This document shows positions 8,672-17,473 of a stretch of 19,732 nucleotides of DNA, piece by piece. Origin of the DNA: Terrimicrobiaceae bacterium. Lineage in GTDB: Bacteria; Verrucomicrobiota; Verrucomicrobiia; Chthoniobacterales; Terrimicrobiaceae. The notes beneath the pieces are model-generated. The model did not search any database and was not told the origin of the DNA. It was given only the letters and a program-made list of their open reading frames with translations. The stretch is taken from contig JBIIPZ010000046.1 in assembly GCA_044342325.1 (NCBI GenBank), positions 1-19,732 on the forward strand, read 5' to 3'. Each line of letters begins with the position of its first letter. Positions within the stretch are counted from its first letter, which is position 1. The translations under genes were made by a program, and so were the position numbers.

Positions 8672-9421
8672 TTAGGCTGTTGCGCCGAGTGAGTTGATGG
8701 CTTTTGAAATGAGATCGTCGTGCGAGGTCACGGAACGCTGCGCGGCCTCGTAGGCGCGTGATACGGCAATGAGATTCACGAGTTCTGCCATGGGAGCGAC
8801 ATTACTGGATTCGATAGCACCCTGTGTGATGGAGACTTGATCAAGAGCTTGTGGATTGGCTCCCTCAGGTGGTTCGAAAAATCCACCCTCAACACGGGTC
8901 AGTTGATCCGGGTCTGCAAAATCAAAAAGATTCAAGCGACCGAGCAGATTACCACCTTGAGAAATCGAACCGTCCTTGGCAACGACGAGTTCGCCTTGTT
9001 CAGGATTGACGGTGATAGGGCCTCCATCGCCAAGAACCGGAAGACCTTCCTTCGTCACAAGCGTATTATCTTGATTGATATGGAACTCGCCGTCTCGTGT
9101 ATAGAGGTTGTTCCCATCGGAATTTTGAACTTGGAAAAAACCGGGGCCATCGACTGCAAAATCCGTGTTTTTCCCAGTGGCTTTCATGTCTCCGGGAGCA
9201 AAATTCACACTCGTCGTGCGGGATGGAATGCCTCCGGAGTGCTGCGCCGCAGAGAGCCCATCTGGAGAGTATTCCGTGGACTTATTCTGGTCACTTTCGA
9301 TGGCGAAGTTAGCCTTTTTGAAGCCAGCCACATTTGCAGACGCAAGATTCTGTGAAATAGTTTGTTGCCAACGCTCGAGGGCTGAAAGCGAGGCGGCATT
9401 GGTGTAAATTCCTTCTACCAT
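8672..9421 (-). CDS. flgF: Flagellar proximal rod protein FlgF
   Basis: True start is ATG 9421 (MVEGIYTNA...ISQNLASANVAGFK), with YTRDGEF and ESSNV motifs. The longer track ORF runs antisense into pilT. Confidence 0.9.
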   Translation of the reverse strand: MVEGIYTNAASLSALERWQQTISQNLASANVAGFKKANFAIESDQNKSTEYSPDGLSAAQHSGGIPSRTTSVNFAPGDMKATGKNTDFAVDGPGFFQVQNSDGNNLYTRDGEFHINQDNTLVTKEGLPVLGDGGPITVNPEQGELVVAKDGSISQGGNLLGRLNLFDFADPDQLTRVEGGFFEPPEGANPQALDQVSITQGAIESSNVAPMAELVNLIAVSRAYEAAQRSVTSHDDLISKAINSLGATA

Positions 9422-9435
9422 AGTGTCATTTACAT

Positions 9436-9451
9436 AGCATCCGCTGTGCCA
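9436..9451 (-). promoter_or_regulatory. sigma-54 (-24/-12) promoter of the flg operon
   Basis: Minus strand TGGCAC-AGCGG-ATGCT matches TGGCAC-N5-TTGCW with exact GG-N10-GC spacing, 14 nt upstream of the flgF ATG. Confidence 0.8.
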
Positions 9452-9494
9452 CCCTGCATAAGGCAGCCTGAAAGCACATCTCAGAAGAAAAAGA

Positions 9495-9507
9495 GGCAAA
9501 ATTTGCC
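9495..9507. promoter_or_regulatory. Palindromic putative enhancer (UAS) for a flagellar NtrC-family activator
   Basis: Dyad GGCAAA-A-TTTGCC about 45-55 bp upstream of the sigma-54 element; similar in form to ftr-type flagellar enhancer sites. Confidence 0.55.
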
Positions 9508-9531
9508 GAGTTTTCTCAGCCCACAAAGCTC

Positions 9532-9560
9532 TCGACATCCCGAGAAGCGGCGCGTAGAGG
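9532..9560 (+). promoter_or_regulatory. Putative sigma-70 promoter of the pilT pair
   Basis: TCGACA-17 nt-TAGAGG, then 6 nt to ATG 9567; the -10 element is imperfect. Confidence 0.35.
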
Positions 9561-9566
9561 TTCAGT

Positions 9567-10643
9567 ATGTTGACACCCCTCATGAACGAGATCCTGCGAT
9601 CCTCGGCAGACAATAAGGCCTCGGATGTGATCCTCCGCAGCGAGACACCGCCGCTTTTTCGCATCAATGGCGAGCTTTTTCCCGTTGAGTGCGCCAACCC
9701 CACCGATGAGGACATGGATGCGCTATGGAAAGCGTGTCGGGCGCAACCGGCCGATCTGGATCACGATGCCAGCCTCTCGACAGAGTCCGGCGAGCGTTTC
9801 CGAGTAAACCTGCACCGTCAACTTGGACAGCGCGGGGCGGTTTTGCGCAGGATACGCCGAGACATCCCCACAATGGAAAATTTGGGGGCTCCGGCGGAAC
9901 TCCTCAGCCAGTGGGCGAAATCAAAATCCGGGATCATCGTCATCGCCGGCCCCACGAGCTCTGGAAAATCAACCACCATGGCGGCACTCTTGGATTCGCT
10001 CAATCGCACGGCATCACGCCACATCGTAACGATTGAGGATCCGGTCGAGTATCTTTTCGAGAGTCAGCTCTCTCATTTCACCCAGCGCGAGGTGGGTATC
10101 GACACGCCGACATTTGCCGAAGGACTCCGCCGCTCATTGCGTCAAAATCCGGACATCATTTTCCTGGGCGAAGTCCGAGACAGGGACTCAGCGTCCACCG
10201 CGTTGCAGGCTTCCGAGACCGGTCACCTCGTTCTGACCACGCTGCACGCGTCGAATGTGAAGGAGTCCATCGAGCGCATGGAGAGCCTCTTTGCCATGGA
10301 AGAGCGCGGCGGAATTCGAAAAATTTTGTCATCCCAGCTTTTGGGCGTCCTCTGCCAGCGGCTCCCGCCCTCGACCCAAGGCGGTCGTGCCTTAGTTTGC
10401 GAGTATTTCACCAACTCGGGCTCGGCGCGAAATCTCATCGCCGAGGGAAGAAGCCGCGAAATCCCCGAACTTTTTGCAAAATCCGATCCCCGGCAGGCGA
10501 AGGCTTTCTCGACCTCACTCGCCGAGCTTCTCAAATCCGGCATCCTCTCCGAGGAAACCGCGCTGGAATTTTCCGACAATCCCCAAGACTTCGCCAGAAG
10601 CCTGCGAGGCATCAGCTCCGCAGCCCAAGCCACACGCCGATGA
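9567..10643 (+). CDS. pilT: PilT/PilU-family type IV pilus retraction ATPase
   Basis: Walker A GPTSSGKSTT, TIEDPVE Asp box, LRQNPDIIFLGEVRD and GHLVLTTLH His box. Confidence 0.9.
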   Translation: MLTPLMNEILRSSADNKASDVILRSETPPLFRINGELFPVECANPTDEDMDALWKACRAQPADLDHDASLSTESGERFRVNLHRQLGQRGAVLRRIRRDIPTMENLGAPAELLSQWAKSKSGIIVIAGPTSSGKSTTMAALLDSLNRTASRHIVTIEDPVEYLFESQLSHFTQREVGIDTPTFAEGLRRSLRQNPDIIFLGEVRDRDSASTALQASETGHLVLTTLHASNVKESIERMESLFAMEERGGIRKILSSQLLGVLCQRLPPSTQGGRALVCEYFTNSGSARNLIAEGRSREIPELFAKSDPRQAKAFSTSLAELLKSGILSEETALEFSDNPQDFARSLRGISSAAQATRR

Positions 10644-11743
10644 TTCAAAACCCCACTCCCTACGAGCTTGTCGATCTTCTCGCAAAGGCCGTCGCCTCGG
10701 GCGCATCGGATGTCCACTTAAGCGCCGGAGCGGCACCCATGATGCGATTGCACGGGGCACTTCAACCCATGGGCGAGGAACCGCTCACCCTCGATTCCTG
10801 CCGCGACTTGGTGGCGGGAATTCTCAACGAAACACAAAAGGCCCGCCTTGAGGAAAAATGGGAACTCGACTTTGCCATTCAAGTCGAGCAGCTCGGGCGC
10901 TTCCGCGGCAACGCCCATTACAGCCGTGGCGCCCTGGAAGCCGCATTCCGCCATATTCCGCACAGGATTCCAGAGTTGAGCACACTCGGCCACCGGCATT
11001 CGATTCTGGAACTCTGCGCCCTCCAACGCGGCCTGATCCTCGTCACCGGCATCACTGGCTCGGGCAAGAGCACGACCATGGCCTCGATGATTCAACACAT
11101 CAGCCAACAGCGCAGCGGAGTCATTATCACCGTGGAGGACCCCATCGAGTATGTTTTCCAAAATGCCACATCTCTCGTGAAGCAGCGGGAAGTTGGCAGC
11201 GACACCAAATCCTTCGCCGAGGCTCTCAAACACGCACTCCGGCAGGATCCGGATGTCATACTCGTAGGCGAGATGCGGGATCACGAGACCATCAGCTCCG
11301 CCATCACAGCAGCAGAAACCGGCCACTTAGTGATTGGAACACTCCACACGATCGACGCCCCAAAAGCGGTCGATCGCATCGTAGATACCTTCCCCGCCGA
11401 GCAGCAACCGCAGGTCATCGCGCAGCTTGCCAATTCCCTTTCAGCGGTCATTTCCCAGCGCCTCTTACCGAAAGAGGATGGGACCGGCCGCGTGCTGGCG
11501 ACGGAAATCCTGACAGGAAACACAGGCGTTCGCAGCTGCATACGGGAACGCCGCTGGGAGCAACTGACCGGCCTCATTGAGATCGGCCGCAAGGATGGCA
11601 TGCACTCGATTGATGACGACCTGGAGCAACTCTACCTCAGCCGTGAGATTTCCAAGGAGGAGGCCATCGCCAATGCGAGGGATTCAAGCCGCATGGAAAA
11701 CCTCCACCGCAGCACGCAAAAAAAGAATTTCCTGTTTGGGTGA
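10640..11743 (+). CDS. pilT: PilT-family type IV pilus retraction ATPase (second paralog)
   Basis: ATGA overlap with the upstream gene; ASDVHLS, GITGSGKSTT, TVEDPIE, LRQDPDVILVGEMRD, AAETGHLVIGTLHT and an AIRNLIRE-like VRSCIRE. Confidence 0.92.
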   Translation: MIQNPTPYELVDLLAKAVASGASDVHLSAGAAPMMRLHGALQPMGEEPLTLDSCRDLVAGILNETQKARLEEKWELDFAIQVEQLGRFRGNAHYSRGALEAAFRHIPHRIPELSTLGHRHSILELCALQRGLILVTGITGSGKSTTMASMIQHISQQRSGVIITVEDPIEYVFQNATSLVKQREVGSDTKSFAEALKHALRQDPDVILVGEMRDHETISSAITAAETGHLVIGTLHTIDAPKAVDRIVDTFPAEQQPQVIAQLANSLSAVISQRLLPKEDGTGRVLATEILTGNTGVRSCIRERRWEQLTGLIEIGRKDGMHSIDDDLEQLYLSREISKEEAIANARDSSRMENLHRSTQKKNFLFG

Positions 11744-11757
11744 ATCCCTCAGCGGGC

Positions 11758-11786
11758 TTGCATCACCGCAGCGGAGCCGCGACTCT
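11758..11786 (+). promoter_or_regulatory. Putative sigma-70 promoter
   Basis: TTGCAT-17 nt-GACTCT, then 5 nt to ATG 11792. Confidence 0.35.
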
Positions 11787-11791
11787 TGGCC

Positions 11792-12292
11792 ATGCGCATT
11801 TTTTCGATACTCGCTTGTTTATTTTTGGCCTCCACCGCTTTTGCCCAGCAATCGGGCGAGGCTAAGAAGCGGATTCTTTTCTCAAACACACCCCCTGCCC
11901 CTGCATCGACTCCCGCGACCAACATGGAGCCTGTCGATCTGCTCCAGCGCTTCTTCGAAGATTTGAAGGCCGACAAACTTGATGCCGCCTACGAGGGACT
12001 TGCAAAAAACACGCTCGTCGCCTCCAAAGCCGAGAATCTCGAGCAGTTGAAAAAGCGCACCCGCGACGCCTTGGATAATTTCGGCCCAGTGAAAGGCTAC
12101 GAGATCGTCGACACACTCGAGATCGGCAACGCGCTCTTCCGCCAAACCTGCATTTCCTTGAACGAGGACCTGCCACTGCGCTGGCGCTTCTATTTCTACC
12201 GCTCGGAGAACAAATGGAAACTCGTGGACCTGCGCGTGGATGACGGCATCGTCGAGCTGTTCGACGAAGTCGCGCGCAACCGCAGAAAATAG
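11792..12292 (+). CDS. Secreted hypothetical protein
   Basis: Sec signal peptide MRIFSILACLFLASTAFA|QQ, host-like codon usage, and a globular C-terminal domain ending PLRWRFYFYRSENKWKLVDLRVD. Confidence 0.8.
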   Translation: MRIFSILACLFLASTAFAQQSGEAKKRILFSNTPPAPASTPATNMEPVDLLQRFFEDLKADKLDAAYEGLAKNTLVASKAENLEQLKKRTRDALDNFGPVKGYEIVDTLEIGNALFRQTCISLNEDLPLRWRFYFYRSENKWKLVDLRVDDGIVELFDEVARNRRK

Positions 12293-12318
12293 GCCGCCAC
12301 ACTCCGGCGGATGGCATT

Positions 12319-14298
12319 TTGAAAAAGCCGATTCAGAGTCGCATCCTCCGCCTGCTGGGGGCGATTCTCGTCCTTTTGGTTTTGGCTGCGGGCGCCGGCA
12401 TCTTTATCCTCTCGCGGAATCTCGCCCCTCTGGCGCGTTGGACCTTTGAAAAAAACCTGCCCGACTCGAAAATCGATGTGCAGGCGGTTCAAATGACAGG
12501 CCCCGGCGAGATTTCGTTTACGAACTTTGTCATCAACGACCCTCAGACGGGAAAGGAACTCGCCCGCTTGGAGAGTGGCCGCATCGTCTTTGCGCTGGAC
12601 GATCTCGCCGCTGGGCGCATCGGCGAAATCCACCTCCACAATCCGACCCTCGTCATTTCGCCGGGATGGTCGGGCGTTCTTCCACCTGTTCCCGAAAAGT
12701 CCGGCGGTTCCGCGCTGCGCATTCGGCGCATCGTTTGCGACTTCGGCGAGGTCGTCTATGAAGGCGAAAAAGATGCCAAGCCCACCGTGCGCGCCAATTT
12801 TTGTTTCGATTGGAAAGATTTCAGCCAGGAGTCTCCGAATCCTCTCGAGCTCACGCTCTGGGATGTGCAGGCGACCGCTCCGCATTCCTTCGAACCCTTT
12901 CTCATCCTTGATCTGGTTCGTCTCACCGGCTCCCCCGCCGAAATGGTCAAAAATTTCGAACTCCGCAATCTCGACATCAAAGGCGGTTCGCTCGCTGCAG
13001 GACAGGCCCTCGAGCAACTCGCCCACATGCCCGCCCAAGCGGCAAGCGGACCGGCATTCACCTGGAAAATTGGAGCCGTGGATATTCGCGGCCTCAATGC
13101 AAGCATCGGCAACAATCCCTGGCGCTCGGAAACGGATGCCGCCTTCACGATCAATACAATTCTCCGCAACCTGACCCCAGCGGAGATCACAAACACTCTT
13201 GCCGCCACCAGACAGGAAATCGAAATCAGCGACCTTGTGATCCCCTCCCCCAATGACCCTTTCACCCGCGTCATGTCCCTGCGTAGCGTGTTTATCAAGT
13301 TCACCCTCGCAGGCATTCTTGCTAAGGAATTGGAGGATGTCACGGTGCTGCATCCCGTTCTCCACATCGGCGAGGACCTCTTTGCCTACATGGAAGCCGC
13401 CAAGAAACGGATGGCCGTCGGCGCCGACACGCCCGCGCCGGGATGGCGCATCAAGAGGTTCGATGTGAAATTCGGCAGCGTCGTCATCGGCAGTGGCGGC
13501 CGCACGGAATACGGTCTCCCACTCAACTTCCGCACCACGGCAGAGAATGTCTCCCTCGACGACCTCGCCTCGCTGACTCTTCGCGGAAGCCTCGAAATCC
13601 CCGCTCAGGAATATGGATTCCCCGCCTACCAGATCGAAATCAACACCGAACCCGGCAGCCTCCAGTTTTCATATCCGCCGGAAAAGGGAATGAGCAATGT
13701 CGTCGGCACCGTGCGAATTGGAAATCTCCGCTGGCGCCAGTTTCGCGGCCGCGACTCGTGGATCACAGCCACATTCGACCGCGAAGGAATCAACGGCTCA
13801 TTCGGGGGGAAGATATATGGAGGAACCATCGCCGGGGGCTTTAGCTTTTTCTTCGATGACAAGTCACCCTGGATTGGTTGGCTGAGCGGCACCCGCGTGG
13901 ACCTTGAAAAACTCACCGATATCATGGCCCCACACAATTTTCGCATGACCGGCCCGCTCGATTTCACCGGCCAAGTCAATGCGGAGTCGAAATCCATTCG
14001 CCGCCTCAAAGGCCGCATGGAAACCAAAGCCGCAGGTCGCATGGAAATCGGGAAAATCGACGACCTGCTCGCACGCATTCCACCCGCTTGGTCAAATCTC
14101 AAACGCGACAGCCTGCGCGTCGCACTCGAAGCCATAAGGGACTTCGACTACGAAAAAGGCTCCGGCGATTTCTGGTTCACCGACGGGCAGGGCGTCTTCG
14201 ACTTGAAGTTGCAAGGCCCACTCGGTTCCCGCACATTCCAAACCGTGCTCCACGCCGACGAATCCAGCACAGGCGCTTGGAGCCAAACCACACCATGA
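12319..14298 (+). CDS. YdbH/AsmA-like intermembrane bridge protein
   Basis: 659 aa with a single N-terminal TM anchor and a beta-rich body. The C-terminal ...SLRVALEAIRDFDYE...FDLKLQG resembles the YdbH C-terminus, and the gene is translationally coupled to a YnbE/YdbL-like gene. TTG start. Confidence 0.65.
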   Translation: MKKPIQSRILRLLGAILVLLVLAAGAGIFILSRNLAPLARWTFEKNLPDSKIDVQAVQMTGPGEISFTNFVINDPQTGKELARLESGRIVFALDDLAAGRIGEIHLHNPTLVISPGWSGVLPPVPEKSGGSALRIRRIVCDFGEVVYEGEKDAKPTVRANFCFDWKDFSQESPNPLELTLWDVQATAPHSFEPFLILDLVRLTGSPAEMVKNFELRNLDIKGGSLAAGQALEQLAHMPAQAASGPAFTWKIGAVDIRGLNASIGNNPWRSETDAAFTINTILRNLTPAEITNTLAATRQEIEISDLVIPSPNDPFTRVMSLRSVFIKFTLAGILAKELEDVTVLHPVLHIGEDLFAYMEAAKKRMAVGADTPAPGWRIKRFDVKFGSVVIGSGGRTEYGLPLNFRTTAENVSLDDLASLTLRGSLEIPAQEYGFPAYQIEINTEPGSLQFSYPPEKGMSNVVGTVRIGNLRWRQFRGRDSWITATFDREGINGSFGGKIYGGTIAGGFSFFFDDKSPWIGWLSGTRVDLEKLTDIMAPHNFRMTGPLDFTGQVNAESKSIRRLKGRMETKAAGRMEIGKIDDLLARIPPAWSNLKRDSLRVALEAIRDFDYEKGSGDFWFTDGQGVFDLKLQGPLGSRTFQTVLHADESSTGAWSQTTP

Positions 14299-14804
14299 TG
14301 AAGAATCCTCTTGCCTTGGCCACCACAGCGACCGCCCTTTTCTTGACTGCCTGCGCCGGCCCAACGGTCAACCTCTCAACACCACAACCGATCAAGGTCG
14401 ATATCGCGATGAGGTTGGATGTTTACCAACACGCCAAGGAGGCATCGAAAAAATCCACTTCCTCCGTTGCCACGAGCACAGACCCCGTCGAGGCCAGGCG
14501 CAACCGCATGGCAGATATCCAGACATTTAAAAACTCGCGCCTCGTAGGGGAAGGCCGCGACGCCCTGCTCGCCATCCGCGTGGAAACGCCCGGCGACTAC
14601 GGCGACTTCATTCGCAAGACGGTGGATGCCGAAAACGCCGATCGCATGGCGCTCATGAAATCCGATGCCGAAAAGCAGAAGGCCTCCCTCCCGCAAATCC
14701 AGACCAAGCAAGCCTCTCTCGCCGCGAAGCTCGCATTCAAAGGAGAGTGGATCGAAGTCGTGAAAGACGACGGCTCAGCCGAGTGGATTCAGAAAGAAGA
14801 ATGA
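14295..14804 (+). CDS. Lipoprotein with a YnbE-like N-terminus fused to a YdbL (DUF1318)-like domain
   Basis: ATGA overlap; lipobox LTA|C; PTVNLSTPQPIKVDIAMRLDVYQH (YnbE-like) followed by LVGEGRDALL...VDAENADR...GEWIE...W (DUF1318-like). Confidence 0.75.
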   Translation: MMKNPLALATTATALFLTACAGPTVNLSTPQPIKVDIAMRLDVYQHAKEASKKSTSSVATSTDPVEARRNRMADIQTFKNSRLVGEGRDALLAIRVETPGDYGDFIRKTVDAENADRMALMKSDAEKQKASLPQIQTKQASLAAKLAFKGEWIEVVKDDGSAEWIQKEE

Positions 14805-14855
14805 GCAAACTATCGCGTCTCGGAACCCCTTTCTGATTTTTTATAAAGAATGCGA

Positions 14856-14884
14856 TTGCATTCCCGAACGCCAACGCCCAATCT
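14856..14884 (+). promoter_or_regulatory. Putative sigma-70 promoter with an AT-rich UP-like tract
   Basis: TTGCAT-17 nt-CAATCT, with an AT-rich tract (ttttttataaagaa) just upstream; precedes the small basic protein gene. Confidence 0.45.
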
Positions 14885-14903
14885 ACGCACCCATTTTTAT
14901 TTT

Positions 14904-15059
14904 ATGAGCCAGCATCCAAGTCTCAAAGGCAAGAGCAGCATCTCCGCCCGTCGCAGTGTCCTGAAACGTTTCGAACGCGTTGAACTCCTCCGCAAACGCG
15001 GCCAGTTCAAAGACGGCCAACGCGTCATCGGCCTTCCCAAAACCAAACCAGAGGATTAA
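14904..15059 (+). CDS. PVC-superphylum small basic 'signature' protein
   Basis: 51-aa MSQHPSLK...RSVLKRFERV...GLPK pattern characteristic of the Chlamydiae/Verrucomicrobia/Planctomycetes small basic protein. Confidence 0.9.
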   Translation: MSQHPSLKGKSSISARRSVLKRFERVELLRKRGQFKDGQRVIGLPKTKPED

Positions 15060-15072
15060 TTCCTCACACGCA

Positions 15073-15828
15073 ATGCGGCTGAACCGTTATTTGGCCGCTG
15101 CTGGTCTCGGCTCTAGGCGTTCGTGCGATCAACTCATCTCCTCGGGAGCTGTGGTGATCAATGGCACGCGAATTGAAAATCTCGCCACTCAAGTCAAAGA
15201 GGATGACGATGTGCGAGTCAATGGTCGCCGGATTCATACCGCGACGCCGGTCACCCTCCTTCTCCACAAACCGCGCGGCTTTGTTGTGACCCGCTCCGAC
15301 GAGCGTGGCCGCCGCACGGTTTATGATCTGGTGCCTCCGGAATACTCGACCCTTTTCCATGTCGGGCGCCTCGACAAGGAGAGCGAGGGGCTTCTGCTGA
15401 TGACCAATGACGGCGCCCTCGCGCAGCGCCTCACGCATCCAAGCCACACGATCGAGAAGGAATACGAGGTCACGCTCGACAAGACATTCGACCCCGTCCA
15501 TCAGGAAAAACTCCTCAAGGGATTTCACATCGAAGGTGGCCGCGCCAAATTCGAACGCCTGCGGATTCTTGCTCCCAAGGTCATTCAAGTCACCCTCCGC
15601 CAAGGCTTGAAGCGCCAGATCCGCCTCATGCTTTATGCAATGGGCTACGAGGTGGAACGCCTCCGCCGCACCCGCATCGGAGGCCTCACCGACTATCGCC
15701 TGCCGCCTGGAGCCTGCCGCCGCCTCACCGAAAAAGAGTCCTCACTGCTCGTGGCAAAAGCTGCGACGAAATCCCCTCGCCCCAAGCCAGCAGTCCATGA
15801 GCGTCCGAAGCCAACCCGCCGGGGATGA
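15073..15828 (+). CDS. rluB: rRNA pseudouridine synthase, RsuA/RluB family
   Basis: S4 domain MRLNRYLAAAGLGSRR, LLHKPRG, catalytic VGRLDKESEGLLLMTNDG and RQIRLM. Confidence 0.85.
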   Translation: MRLNRYLAAAGLGSRRSCDQLISSGAVVINGTRIENLATQVKEDDDVRVNGRRIHTATPVTLLLHKPRGFVVTRSDERGRRTVYDLVPPEYSTLFHVGRLDKESEGLLLMTNDGALAQRLTHPSHTIEKEYEVTLDKTFDPVHQEKLLKGFHIEGGRAKFERLRILAPKVIQVTLRQGLKRQIRLMLYAMGYEVERLRRTRIGGLTDYRLPPGACRRLTEKESSLLVAKAATKSPRPKPAVHERPKPTRRG

Positions 15829-16828
15829 CGCCCTCATGCGCGCGGCACTCGCCGAGGCGCGCAAAGGCCTAGGAAAAACAGGCCCCAATCCCGCAGTAGG
15901 AGCCGTCATTTCGAAAAACGGAAACATTCTCTCGTTCGGCTGGCATCGCGGTGCCGGCAAACCGCACGCTGAAATCGAAGCTCTCGGGAACCTCAAAAAT
16001 CCTGCCCTCGCTCGCGGTGCAACGCTCCATGTCACGCTGGAACCCTGCTCCACGCACGGTCGCACGCCGCCCTGCACCGAGGCCATCATTCAAGCCGGAT
16101 TCGCCCGCGTTGTCTTCGGAGCCACCGACCCAAATCCCAAGCACGCCGGTCGCGCCAAAGAAATCCTCGAAGAGGCCGGCATCCAGACACTCCTCGGCGT
16201 CCTCGGCAACGAATGCGCGCTCCTCAATCGCGCCTGGAACAAATGGATCGCCACCGGACTCCCCTTCGTCACCGCCAAGGCAGGCATGAGCCTTGATGGC
16301 CGCATCGCCTCACCACCCGACCGGCGATGGATCACCTCCGATGCCGCCCGCCGTGACGCCATGCGCCTCCGCGCCGAATGCGGCGCTGTGCTCGTCGGAG
16401 CCGAAACCGTCCGCACCGACAACCCGCTCCTCACCATCCGCGGCCTGCGCGTCAAAGAACAACCCCTCCGCGCCGTCTGGTCCCGCTCGGGCCAAATCCC
16501 AAACGATAGCCACCTGCTCACCGACGAACACCGCGACCGCACGCTCATCTACAAAGGCAAGCCCCTCGCCGCCGTCCTCCACGACCTCGGAAAACGCGGC
16601 GTCCAACATGTCCTCATCGAAGGCGGTGGAAAAACCCTCGGCGAAGCCCTCGACCGACACCTGATCGACCGCATCGTTTTCTACATCGCCCCCGTCCTCC
16701 TCGGAGGCCCCACACCCGCACTGGGCGGCCACGGCATGCCATCCAACGAATCTGCCCTCCGGCTCAAAAACCCCACCTACCGCCGCATCGGCCCCGACCT
16801 CCGCGTCGAAGGCGAAATCCAACGATAG
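15797..16828 (+). CDS. ribD: Bifunctional riboflavin biosynthesis deaminase/reductase RibD
   Basis: PNPAVGAVI, HAE, TLEPCSTHGRTPPC, SLDGRIA, WIT, DNPLLTIR and LIEGGG motifs. Start is at 15797 or 15836. Confidence 0.96.
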   Translation: MSVRSQPAGDDALMRAALAEARKGLGKTGPNPAVGAVISKNGNILSFGWHRGAGKPHAEIEALGNLKNPALARGATLHVTLEPCSTHGRTPPCTEAIIQAGFARVVFGATDPNPKHAGRAKEILEEAGIQTLLGVLGNECALLNRAWNKWIATGLPFVTAKAGMSLDGRIASPPDRRWITSDAARRDAMRLRAECGAVLVGAETVRTDNPLLTIRGLRVKEQPLRAVWSRSGQIPNDSHLLTDEHRDRTLIYKGKPLAAVLHDLGKRGVQHVLIEGGGKTLGEALDRHLIDRIVFYIAPVLLGGPTPALGGHGMPSNESALRLKNPTYRRIGPDLRVEGEIQR

Positions 16829-16840
16829 CCAAAAATCGCA

Positions 16841-16869
16841 TTGGCAGCGCAAACGCTCTGTGGCAACTT
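16841..16869 (+). promoter_or_regulatory. Putative promoter of tRNA-Thr
   Basis: TTGGCA-17 nt-CAACTT with a TGn extended -10, 12 nt upstream of the tRNA. Confidence 0.4.
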
Positions 16870-16881
16870 TTCACCCTCATC

Positions 16882-16953
16882 GCCGACGTAGCACAGTGGT
16901 AGTGCAATCGATTCGTAATCGATAGGTCACGAGTTCGAGTCTCGTCGTCGGCT
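16882..16953 (+). tRNA. tRNA-Thr(CGT), CCA not encoded
   Basis: Acceptor stem GCCGACG/CGTCGGC; D arm GCAC-AGTGGTA-GTGC; anticodon arm ATCGA-TT-CGT-AA-TCGAT; T arm ACGAG-TTCGAGT-CTCGT. Confidence 0.97.
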
Positions 16954-17225
16954 CCCTTTCTTGTTTAGCATCTTGCATAAGATTCTCAGGGGTTAAAATA
17001 TTTTTTAGTTTGGTAGTTGCTTGCTATTTTTTCCGCAGAGCCCCCATCGCTTTTTTTCGGCTCCAAGAGCCATCGCATTGAAAAAATCCGCTCTGGATCG
17101 AAATTTTTTGTCTCGGCGGCGCTGAATTTTTCGTGGGGCGTCGAGCGGCGGCGCGCAGGACATCACCAACACAGGAAGCAAACATAGCTACTGAAACTGC
17201 AGTCCTGCGTGGCGCCATTCGCAAC

Positions 17226-17358
17226 CATTGCTGCGGAGCCGGGCGAAGATTCCGGCGCGGGTGGAGCCACTTCGCGAACCTACGGCAGATCACCTGATAA
17301 AAACAATCGGCGAGGATAACAGGCTCAGCCATTTTGCGCGGCAGTGTGTCGAAGGAGA
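17226..17358. repeat. Intergenic repeat, copy A
   Basis: Aligns with 18106-18238 at about 103/134 identical columns (hand alignment). Confidence 0.9.
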
Positions 17359-17473
17359 TAGCCATTCGGTCGGCGTCCGCAGGCACCTCAACGACCAACG
17401 GATTCACGATTCAACGCGACGGTTTTGTTGTAAGAGAAAAGGCCCCAAGAAAAATTCTCTCCTTCGCCGCGAC

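Noticed and set aside
9422..9715. N-terminal 98-aa extension of FlgF in the ORF track
   Set aside because: It overlaps pilT antisense and spans the promoter region; FlgF similarity begins at ATG 9421.
10397..10639. Extended N-terminus of the second PilT
   Set aside because: It overlaps the first pilT in another frame; the ATGA coupling at 10640 is the natural start.
12196..13365. 389-aa minus-strand ORF and other long antisense ORFs (807-1547, 5260-6003, 10718-11326)
   Set aside because: Shadows of well-supported genes, caused by biased codon usage.
16141..16828. Strong C-richness of the plus strand
   Set aside because: Explained by C-ending codon preference within ribD; no repeat structure.
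17024..17407. 127-aa minus-strand ORF over repeat A
   Set aside because: No recognisable family, and the homologous repeat B has a stop and indels in that frame. Kept only as a possible decayed-gene explanation for the repeat.
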